A stretch of 16,019 nt of DNA from Bdellovibrionia bacterium. GTDB taxonomy: Bacteria; Bdellovibrionota; UBA1018. Both the position numbers and the translations under genes were made by a program. The notes under the pieces are model-generated. The model ran no database searches. It was not told where the DNA came from and saw nothing but the letters and a program-made list of their open reading frames with translations. The DNA is taken from assembly GCA_049424145.1 (NCBI GenBank), contig JBMSSC010000059.1, positions 1 through 16,019 on the forward strand. The letters run 5' to 3'. The number at the start of each line of letters is the position of its first letter. Position 1 is the stretch's first letter. Below are positions 8,889 through 16,015 of this stretch, piece by piece.

Positions 8889-10346
8889 ATGAATCGATTC
8901 TGGATTTTTTCTATTTTTATTCTGAGTTACCCATTCTTGTCCCTCTCTGCCTCCTATGGAAGTCCAGAGGAGTGCGCCGTTTGTCTGCAAAAGACGAATG
9001 AGAACCCCCCTGAATTGACTTCAGAGAATGCTCAAGCCGATTTCATCTGCTGCTCTGAGGGTCATCCCATCCATCTGGATTGTTTGCTTCATCAAGCAAA
9101 GAACACGGAGATTCTATCCAAAACACAAGCCGAAACAATTACCCGTGAAGGACTGCCCTGCTATGGACTCGAGGGTCAGTGTTTAGGCAGGATTTCCCTT
9201 CAAGAGGCGAAAGCAAGGATAGGAGGATCAATCGAATTGGATCAATTAAAGCTCCGTCTCGAGTCTGCTTTGAGCCTCGCTTTGAGCCTCAATGAAGAGC
9301 CGTCCAAGGCGAGCTCCTCGACCGCCTCATCTCGAGAAACAAAATTGAGATCCCTGAAAGACAAAATCGAAAAGGCGTTGAATCTAACTTGCCCCAACTC
9401 CAGATGCGCTCAAATCTTAGGGGAGATCTCAGGCTGTAATGCGGCCGTATGCCCTGCTTGTCGAACGGAGTTTTGCTACCTCTGCTTTAAGAAAGCCAGC
9501 CTCATTTCAGGAGGCAGTCACCAATGTGCCCAAAGCCACTCCCTGGATTACTGGGAGAATCGAGATGGACACACCGGCAAGCAGCCTAACTCAGCTCAAG
9601 AGTACCAAGAAGTCAAAGAGTCTATCACCCACGAAACGGACCTCAATTCAGGAGAAATCAAAACCGTACTCGTCAAAAAACCTTACACTTACCGAAATCG
9701 CTATCATTGGTTGATCACCCGCTCTCAAGTGGACCTTGCTCTCCAAAGTGAACCCGATGGTTCGGTACGCCAGGAGGCCCTCGAATGGCTAAAGCCCCTT
9801 CTGAACGAGCACAAACTTTGGCCCTTTCCCCTGGGTCCGAGCCTCGAGAGCTGGGTTGATCAGGTCCGTTCAGAGTCCTCAAACTTAGATACAAAAAACC
9901 AGATTGCTCTTCTTCAAAATGAGGGGATTTTTCAAAAAACCCTCCCTAACTCAAAGATTCAATCGGAGAACCTGCAGAGCATCCAAAACGCACTGGATTT
10001 ACTCCATGCTCCCCTGCTCGAGACATTGGACTACCGCATTCATACTCCCGTTTTGCCTCCCGTTGAAAACCGTCCACCCTCTTTCAAATATTATTTGTGC
10101 CACGGAGCCGCGACGATTGGAAAAACGGTGAGTACGCTTGCGTTTTCCGGAGCAACCGTTTTTCTCTTCAAGGAGCCTCAAAAGTGTAATCGGCCCCACC
10201 CGTCCAGCGTTGGTTATTGGCATGAAGAAGCTGGTCCACTCATCGGTACCGCTTGCCTCCTTGTGGGCTTAAAGGCTCTCCACTTGGCCACATTCCTGGA
10301 GCAACAAGCCCATACAGAAATGGAAGTCTTTCCAAGAAGAGACTGA
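8889..10346 (+). CDS. Signal-peptide-bearing Cys/His-rich protein with RING-like and IBR/RING2(Rcat)-like zinc-finger motifs
   Basis: N-terminus MNRFWIFSIFILSYPFLSLSA resembles a Sec signal. Motif 1: CAVC...CCSEGHPIHLDC...PC...C (8973-9182). Motif 2: CPNSRC...GCNAAVCPACRTEFCYLC...H..C...H (9390-9540). Two weakly hydrophobic C-terminal segments. Confidence 0.65.
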   Translation: MNRFWIFSIFILSYPFLSLSASYGSPEECAVCLQKTNENPPELTSENAQADFICCSEGHPIHLDCLLHQAKNTEILSKTQAETITREGLPCYGLEGQCLGRISLQEAKARIGGSIELDQLKLRLESALSLALSLNEEPSKASSSTASSRETKLRSLKDKIEKALNLTCPNSRCAQILGEISGCNAAVCPACRTEFCYLCFKKASLISGGSHQCAQSHSLDYWENRDGHTGKQPNSAQEYQEVKESITHETDLNSGEIKTVLVKKPYTYRNRYHWLITRSQVDLALQSEPDGSVRQEALEWLKPLLNEHKLWPFPLGPSLESWVDQVRSESSNLDTKNQIALLQNEGIFQKTLPNSKIQSENLQSIQNALDLLHAPLLETLDYRIHTPVLPPVENRPPSFKYYLCHGAATIGKTVSTLAFSGATVFLFKEPQKCNRPHPSSVGYWHEEAGPLIGTACLLVGLKALHLATFLEQQAHTEMEVFPRRD

Positions 10347-10449
10347 GACTCGCCCACTACTAAAGTCGGGGGGTTCTAAAGGGAAATTCCATTTGACTCT
10401 CTTGGGCTCTCAGTCCAGGCATTAAGCCTTGTTTTAGAACATCCCAAGC
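10343..10449 (-). mobile_element. Degenerate IS200/IS605 (tnpB-side) right-end remnant
   Basis: Minus strand reads AGAACCCCCCGACTTTAGTAGTGGGCGAGTCTCAG, resembling the GAATCCCCCGACTTTAGTCGTGGGGAG...TCA terminal hairpin as I recall it. The short upstream frame AWDVLKQGL...TPRL* resembles a TnpB C-terminal tail. Confidence 0.45.
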
Positions 10450-10549
10450 CTCATCTTTTCACCTTCTACTCGACCTAGAATCTGAAGCTCACCGTCGTAA
10501 TCCACGGCTTGACCTACCTCGCTTGAGGCTTGCATGCGGGAGACTCCGG

Positions 10550-10781
10550 GGACCCCCTCGGTCGCTGTGAATGGTCAGAGGGTCTTCTCCGTGATTTTTT
10601 GCTTACGGCAGCTCTCCCGAATCAGCTCCTGAGCCAAGCTCCCAGACTCTCGTTCTGCGACCATCCAGCCCACCACGTATCGACTAAAAATATCCATAAG
10701 AACATAAAGATAGAAATAGCTCCACTTCCTCTGCCCGCGGAGTTTCGTGATGTCCCAGCTCCACACCTCGTTGGGACCTGA
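10550..10781 (-). pseudogene. IS3-family transposase (rve/DDE integrase core) fragment, frameshifted and truncated at both ends
   Basis: GPNEVWSWDITKLRGQRKWSYFYLYVLMDIFSRYVVGWMVAERES... The next conserved block LTIHSDRGG continues in a different frame at about 10578-10550. Confidence 0.9.
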
Positions 10782-10801
10782 CACACACCACCTTGTGGGG
10801 C

Positions 10802-10836
10802 AAAATGACCTATCAAATCTCTGCTAAACTGACCCT
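10802..10836. repeat. Imperfect direct repeats AAAATGACCTA / AAACTGACCCT (24-bp spacing), possibly an IS21-type terminal remnant
   Basis: Copies at 10802-10812 and 10826-10836 resemble the repeated transposase-binding motifs of IS21-family ends; no adjacent istA/istB. Confidence 0.3.
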
Positions 10837-11053
10837 ACAGCATAGCTAAACGAGAGATTGAAGTCAGGCAGTACTCAACTTGAATCATTCAGGAGCCCAA
10901 AGGCTATCATGCTAGCAGGAGTCTTGAATTGAGATGGTTGTGAAAAACGAGGCCCCCTCGCCAGCCAATGTCAATTCAAGTCGTGGGGCTAACAACGGTG
11001 ATACTGAGCCAAAAATTTCATGGGACTTCGCTGGGTTATTCAACAAACGGAAC

Positions 11054-11103
11054 GGGACATGATCGCTGAGCGATTCAAGGGACATTTTAGCTGAGCGACG
11101 ACA
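11054..11103 (+). mobile_element. Orphan IS terminal repeat (IS481-like right end ending in ...ACA)
   Basis: Tandem 20-mers GGGACATGATCGCTGAGCGA (11054-11073) and GGGACATTTTAGCTGAGCGA (11079-11098), 17/20 identical, followed by CGACA. The AT-rich island starts at the next base. Confidence 0.6.
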
Positions 11104-11131
11104 TTAAATATTAAAACTGTTTAAATATAAA

Positions 11132-11160
11132 TTGACTATGTGCGTTAATTTTATTATTAC
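11132..11160 (+). promoter_or_regulatory. Candidate sigma70-type promoter for the island operon
   Basis: TTGACT (11132-11137), 17-nt spacer, TATTAC (11155-11160), AT-rich upstream sequence; 24 nt before the small ORF ATG. Confidence 0.45.
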
Positions 11161-11184
11161 CGTCTCTGAAAAGGAGATTTAGCT

Positions 11185-11310
11185 ATGGACTTAAATCTAA
11201 ATGAGATCGTAGAAAGTATTACTTTAGAACAGATTCAGGAATGTGAAGAATCTCTAAGGCAAGATCGAGACACTGGTGCTCGATTAATCATGATCGCTTT
11301 CGAAAATTAA
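11185..11310 (+). CDS. Putative RiPP precursor peptide, 41 aa: MDLNLNEIVESITLEQIQECEESLRQDRDTGARLIMIAFEN
   Basis: Hand-translated ATG 11185 to TAA 11310. Strong RBS AAGGAG at 11171-11176. Acidic leader-like N-terminus and hydrophobic C-terminus. First gene of the operon, upstream of two HExxH proteins and an ABC exporter. Confidence 0.8.
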   Translation: MDLNLNEIVESITLEQIQECEESLRQDRDTGARLIMIAFEN

Positions 11311-11323
11311 TCGAAATAGCTTG

Positions 11324-11361
11324 AATAGCCGAGGCAGTTTTTTAAGACTGCCTCGGCTATT
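11324..11361 (+). promoter_or_regulatory. Intergenic stem-loop between precursor and enzyme genes (mRNA stabiliser or leaky terminator)
   Basis: AATAGCCGAGGCAGT (11324-11338) is the exact reverse complement of ACTGCCTCGGCTATT (11347-11361), with an 8-nt loop. No long U-tract follows on the + strand. Confidence 0.75.
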
Positions 11362-11376
11362 AATAAAAAGTGAATT

Positions 11377-12246
11377 ATGTATTTTTCCTTAGGCTTAAAA
11401 GAAAACCTTCAAAACGTAGCTGTTTTATCATATCGTTTTTTAAGAAATCAAACTGAAATTACACCATTCTCTTTGAAGTCTGCTTACTGTAATTTTTTAA
11501 ATATTATCCAGCCAGAAGTGCCTTTCAATAAAAACAACACTTTAAATGTTTTAAATGATCAGATCATCGAAAAAGAAGTAATTGCACTCTATCGGCAAGA
11601 ATCTGGGCTAGATGATAAGAATCAGATAAGCGTAATAAGCACAGAGGATGATCCTAAAAGATTAAAAAAGAAACGACATCTAGAGGAATTCATAAGTAAA
11701 AAATATTTCGATCCAAAATTCTTTGAGCTTATGAATCTTGTGATTAATTACATATTTTTTGGTGTATCTTCCGTCGCTAGAGGTGGGACTGCTTCTGGAG
11801 CCATTGGAACGATATGGCTTACTGATCCTACAAATTATTCTGACCATGATTTAATGGAGCTATTAGTTCATGAAACTACTCATAACTTAATGTTTTTAGA
11901 TGAGAAGCGCTATAAGCACTATAAGGATTATTCCTATGTAATTCAAAAGGAATACTACGCTCGCTCTGCAATTCTTAAAGAGGCTCGTCCGTTAGACAAA
12001 GTAGTTCACAGTCTCGCTGTTGCCACAGAAATATTAATTTTTAGAGAAAAACACACAGGACATCATTTAGAATTTAAAGCTCACCCTGCTTCGAGCTCGC
12101 TCTTAAAAGCCATTTATAACTCAATCAACAGCATCAAAAGCGATCAAAAGTTATGTGCAATACTGGCTCCTCGTAGTATCCATCTTATCAATCATTTTGA
12201 AAGTACTGCACAGAGACTTGAATCCTCTATTCTTTCAGTAGCCTGA
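11377..12246 (+). CDS. HExxH-motif putative peptide-modifying enzyme (alphaKG-HExxH family-like), paralog 1
   Basis: GGTASGAIGTIW...ELLVHETTHNLMFLDE (H165, H169)...SAILKEARPLDKVVHSL (RP motif, H211). This HExxH...S...RP...H layout matches alphaKG-HExxH peptide hydroxylases. Confidence 0.8.
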   Translation: MYFSLGLKENLQNVAVLSYRFLRNQTEITPFSLKSAYCNFLNIIQPEVPFNKNNTLNVLNDQIIEKEVIALYRQESGLDDKNQISVISTEDDPKRLKKKRHLEEFISKKYFDPKFFELMNLVINYIFFGVSSVARGGTASGAIGTIWLTDPTNYSDHDLMELLVHETTHNLMFLDEKRYKHYKDYSYVIQKEYYARSAILKEARPLDKVVHSLAVATEILIFREKHTGHHLEFKAHPASSSLLKAIYNSINSIKSDQKLCAILAPRSIHLINHFESTAQRLESSILSVA

Positions 12247-12256
12247 TGGAGATAAC

Positions 12257-13168
12257 ATGTACTACTTAATGGGATTGAAGTGGAATCTAACAAATGTAGG
12301 TGTTTTGAGTTATAAGCATCTTGATGGTAGAAAACCTATTGGTTTTTCTGAATTAAAAAGCGGTTACCTTGAATATATAAAATCAGTACAACCTACTTTA
12401 CCAATCTCTATTAGCAGTTCTTTAGTGGAATTTGTTGATGATTTAGAGATGGAAAAGACTTTACTTTCTTTTTTTATTCAAAAAATTAAAAAGACAGAAA
12501 GTGACTCGATTGTTACTGATGTAACTGAGGCAAGTATTTCTGATGGATTTAAAAACTATGATCTATATCGGAAGCAGCGAGTTTTGGATGGTATGAAGAA
12601 CGCTCTTCTTGAGATTAAAACCAAAGAAGAAAAGTTACATCAGCTGATTAGTCTCGTGATTAATAAGATTTTTAGTTTTCCAATTTTAGGTCGAGGTGGT
12701 GGATCAACTAGCACGGCCCTGGGTGTAATTTGGGCAAATGCTCCTTTACATTGGGATGAAATCGATCATTTTGAGTTACTCATCCACGAATTCACTCATA
12801 ACTTATATTTTTTAGATGAAGCAGCTCATAGACACTATTGTGATTATAAACGTTTAGAAGCTAAAGAAAACTTCGCTGTGTCTGCTATCCTTAAGATTCC
12901 AAGACGTCTTGACAGGGTGATGCATAGCTTGGTTGTAGGAACAGAAATCCTCCTATTGAGAGAAAATCTAATTGGTCACTCTCACAAATTCAAAGCCCAT
13001 CCTGAGTCTAAAAATCTTGTGATAAACAATTTATCTACGATAGAAACAATTTATCAGATCAAAAATCTTTCTGAAATAATGACTGAAAGAAATCTTGGTA
13101 TCTTAAATAGATGCAAAGAGGTTAATTTAAATTTTTCAGAAAATATCATTGCATCTTCCAAGGAGTAG
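12257..13168 (+). CDS. HExxH-motif putative peptide-modifying enzyme (alphaKG-HExxH family-like), paralog 2
   Basis: GGSTSTALGVIW...ELLIHEFTHNLYFLDE (H177, H181)...SAILKIPRRLDRVMHSL (H223). GGAG RBS at 12248-12251; starts 10 nt after paralog 1. Confidence 0.8.
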   Translation: MYYLMGLKWNLTNVGVLSYKHLDGRKPIGFSELKSGYLEYIKSVQPTLPISISSSLVEFVDDLEMEKTLLSFFIQKIKKTESDSIVTDVTEASISDGFKNYDLYRKQRVLDGMKNALLEIKTKEEKLHQLISLVINKIFSFPILGRGGGSTSTALGVIWANAPLHWDEIDHFELLIHEFTHNLYFLDEAAHRHYCDYKRLEAKENFAVSAILKIPRRLDRVMHSLVVGTEILLLRENLIGHSHKFKAHPESKNLVINNLSTIETIYQIKNLSEIMTERNLGILNRCKEVNLNFSENIIASSKE

Positions 13169-13174
13169 TAACTT

Positions 13175-14536
13175 ATGAAAAGTAGATCCAAATTTATAAA
13201 ATTTATTTTTATAAATAAATCTCTGATCTATTTGATTACCGCAGTATTGCTGCAACAGACTATTGTTGCTTTATCAACTTACTTTATAAGTTCAGCAGTT
13301 AGGTCAGCAGAAATACCAAATTTGTTCCTTAAATTTTTATTACTCTACATGGCTTCTCTTATTTTGCCTTATTTTCCAGGTGGATTATCACTTGTATTTT
13401 TAAAAAAGTGGACCTTATTAGCTCAGAATAATTTTATGAGTCTTGTAAAAGAGAATCTTTATTCGAGACCTTCTTACTGGACTGACTCAGAAATTAGATC
13501 AACCAAATCAGCAATTTTTTCAAAAGAGGCTCCAGCTTTAATTGAAGAGCTTGGTAATTATGGCTACCGGCTTACTGTACTTTGCCTAAATGCCGTTTTA
13601 TCCGTTATTGCAGTTAGCCTGTTTATTGATTATTTTTTTATATTTACATATTTATTTAGTATCGCTCTTTCTTGGTTGCTTGTAAGAAGTCAAGAAATAC
13701 GATCTTTTAAATTGTCAGAGAGTGCCCAAGCTGCTGAAGTGGATCTTACCGACCAGCGCTTTAAAATGTGGGATAATTTAATTCTTGGAAATATCTACTC
13801 CAAATTAATTTGGAGTAGAGAACTAGAAAGCCGCTTCAATGCGGCTACTATTCAGGCCCTTACTGTGGCTAAGTTCAAGCAATTGTCATCAATTTCTATC
13901 GCATTGGTAGCGCTGGTTCCAACTCTTGTTGTGGCTTTATTTCAATGCTTCAGGCACAGTGACGACCCTAAATATCTTCTTACTCTGTTAATCAGTTTCC
14001 CTAGAGTGTTTCAGCTTTTGAATTCATCTTACGAACTGCTTTGTATGGTTCTTGAATGGTCCAGTCATAGAGGAAGACTTTCGAAAATTCTTTCAATATT
14101 TGAATTTCATACGGTAGAGCTCAAAAATCGTATCAAATTTAAGGAGCTGAAATTCAGTTCAAAAAGCAATCACTTTGAGGTGGAGAATACGGGAGAAGTC
14201 ATAGAATTGCTAAATAAGAATAAAGCTTTGACTTTGAGAGGACGAAACGGATCTGGAAAGTCCTCATTGTGTTTGTCTGTAAAAGAACTACTGGGAGATA
14301 AATGCTATTTGTTGCCAGCTCACCATAATCTTAGCTTAAGTTCATCCTCTTTACCTGGATCGACTGGTCAAAAACTAGTGACTATAATCAAGGAACTGGT
14401 AAATAGTAATTGTGACATACTGATTCTGGACGAATGGGATGCTAACTTAGATTCAGAAAATCAAAAATTCTGTCGTGATTTAATCGAAAAGGCTGTCAAA
14501 TCCGGTAAATTAGTGCTTGATGTCAGTAACCGTTAA
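13175..14536 (+). CDS. ABC exporter-like protein, fused TMD plus compact NBD
   Basis: About 5-6 hydrophobic segments in the first ~295 aa. Walker A GRNGSGKS, signature-like GSTGQ, Walker B/D-loop ILILDEWDANLD. AAGGAG RBS at 13160-13165. Confidence 0.85.
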   Translation: MKSRSKFIKFIFINKSLIYLITAVLLQQTIVALSTYFISSAVRSAEIPNLFLKFLLLYMASLILPYFPGGLSLVFLKKWTLLAQNNFMSLVKENLYSRPSYWTDSEIRSTKSAIFSKEAPALIEELGNYGYRLTVLCLNAVLSVIAVSLFIDYFFIFTYLFSIALSWLLVRSQEIRSFKLSESAQAAEVDLTDQRFKMWDNLILGNIYSKLIWSRELESRFNAATIQALTVAKFKQLSSISIALVALVPTLVVALFQCFRHSDDPKYLLTLLISFPRVFQLLNSSYELLCMVLEWSSHRGRLSKILSIFEFHTVELKNRIKFKELKFSSKSNHFEVENTGEVIELLNKNKALTLRGRNGSGKSSLCLSVKELLGDKCYLLPAHHNLSLSSSSLPGSTGQKLVTIIKELVNSNCDILILDEWDANLDSENQKFCRDLIEKAVKSGKLVLDVSNR

Positions 14537-14694
14537 TAATTTTTAATAGAATATTCCAGATATTTGGTGGTGTTAAGGGGTGAGCGCTTCATAGACTGTA
14601 CGTGTAGTCTCCGCTAAATTTCGCAACTTCTTCCCAATTCTCTACTGATCTCTGGCCATGAGGACAATTCTACATGAAACCATCGAGAGACCAT

Positions 14695-14772
14695 GTCGTA
14701 GGTAGGGAGAGATCTCACACCTCCTCCCCCATTAGAACGCGAGCATGCCTATTAAGGAAGGCACTCCACTCC
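14695..14772 (-). ncRNA. Degenerate group II intron 3' end (domain V/VI-like) remnant
   Basis: Minus strand: GGAGTGGAGTGCCT-TCCTTAAT-AGGCA-TG-CTCGCGTTCT (DV-like hairpin with 2-nt bulge; triad AGT rather than AGC), then AATGG-GGGAGGAGGT-GTGAG-ATCTCTCCC-TACCTACGAC (DVI-like hairpin, ending AC). No RT ORF present. Confidence 0.5.
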
Positions 14773-14841
14773 CTCTCAAAGACTTATAGCCTCCGAAGGA
14801 ATCCAGGATATTTTTGTTGGTGAACCTGATTGGGTATCCTA

Positions 14842-16015
14842 GTGGTCTAGCAAATTAGTTCGTTCACGTAGTCGAGTTGTTCTCGCCTGATTTGTCTGAT
14901 TATGTGAGGATGCGCGGATGTTTCAATTAAGCATCGCCGATCAAACAGCTGTGGCATTGATTATCAAGAAGGGAAAGTCTGCGAGGGAGATATGCCGTGC
15001 TCATGTTCTAAATCTTCGAAATAAGGGCTACATCATTTCAGAAGTGGCGGACATCTTAGATATCACACCGAGAACGGTGATTAATATCACCACGTTTTAC
15101 ACAGAGGGAGGCTTAGATCGAGCTATAAATGACGACCCGAGACCAGGAGCCCCTCCTAAGTTTGATGATCGGTTTAAGGCAAAAGTGGTGGCTATCGTAT
15201 GCTCTGATCCGCCTGAAGGATTCGATCGCTGGACATTAGACCTTCTGAAGGAACGCATACAGAATTCTGGTCTTGGAAAGATCAGTAGAGAGTCAATTCG
15301 GCTGATTCTGCAGGAACATGACTTAAAGCCATGGCAGGAGCAGATGTGGTACGTGCCTAACATTGACGCAGAATACGTTCAGCGAATGGAGGACGTTCTC
15401 GATGTTTACGAGCGTCCTCACAACCCAAAGCGACCCGTGATTTGCATTGACGAAAAACCAATTCAACTCCTATCTGATTGCCGCGCCGAAATCCCGATGG
15501 ATTCAGGCTCTCCAAAAAAAGTTGACTATGAGTATAAGCGCAATGGGACAGCAAATGTCTTCTGCGGTGTTGAGCCTCTAGCTGGAGTCTATTTTAACAC
15601 TGTTACGGAAACCAAGTCTGGCGTTGAGTTTGGACGGTTTTCAAGGAAGATCGCAGAAAGATATCCCGATGTAGAAAAAATAGATCTAATTATGGATAAC
15701 TTTTCTTCGCATACCGTGAAGTCTCTAGAGATCGCTTTTGGTCAAGACAAAGGTAAAGAGATTTGGAACCGTTTTGAGGTTCATTATACTCCAAAACATG
15801 CCAGTTGGCTCAATCAGGGCGAAATAGCAATTGGCATGTACGCTCGTCAATGCTTAGGAGGGGGGAGAATAGGCGATCTAGAGACTTTAATAAAAAAGAC
15901 AAATGCCTGGAACAGAATGGCAAATCGAAAAAGAGTAAAAATCCAATGGAATTTCACAAAAGAGGACGCCAGAGAAGCCTTTGAGTATGGTGAAGGAATT
16001 AATTTGCTAAACCAC
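14842..16015 (+). mobile_element. Complete IS630-family insertion sequence (1174 bp) with TA target duplication
   Basis: IRL GTGGTCTAGCAAATTAGTTCGTTCAC (14842-14867) matches the reverse complement of IRR (15990-16015) at 23/26. TA at 14840-14841 and 16016-16017; reconstructed target C-TA-G. Confidence 0.93.

Noticed and set aside
221..10223. Many 60-120 aa alternative-frame or antisense ORFs nested in the long genes (e.g. 221-484, 2355-2687, 6459-6821, 7523-7870, 8326-8673, 9439-9714)
   Set aside because: Shadow ORFs overlapping well-supported genes, with no motifs.
11054..11098. Tandem 20-bp repeats as a possible mini CRISPR array
   Set aside because: Only two copies with a 5-bp gap and no cas genes; they fit an IS terminal repeat better.
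11108..11128. Imperfect dyad ATATTAAAAC-T-GTTTAAATAT just upstream of the island -35 box
   Set aside because: 9/10 match but in very AT-rich DNA and no regulator in the island; could be chance.
11377..13168. Calling the HExxH proteins ordinary zinc metalloproteases or toxins
   Set aside because: No signal peptides; the downstream S...R[P/R]...H motif and the precursor/exporter context fit alphaKG-HExxH peptide modifiers better. A peptidase role for one copy is not excluded.
11054..16015. Composite transposon carrying the RiPP operon
   Set aside because: The flanking ends belong to different IS types and the IS630 has its own TA duplication, so it inserted independently.
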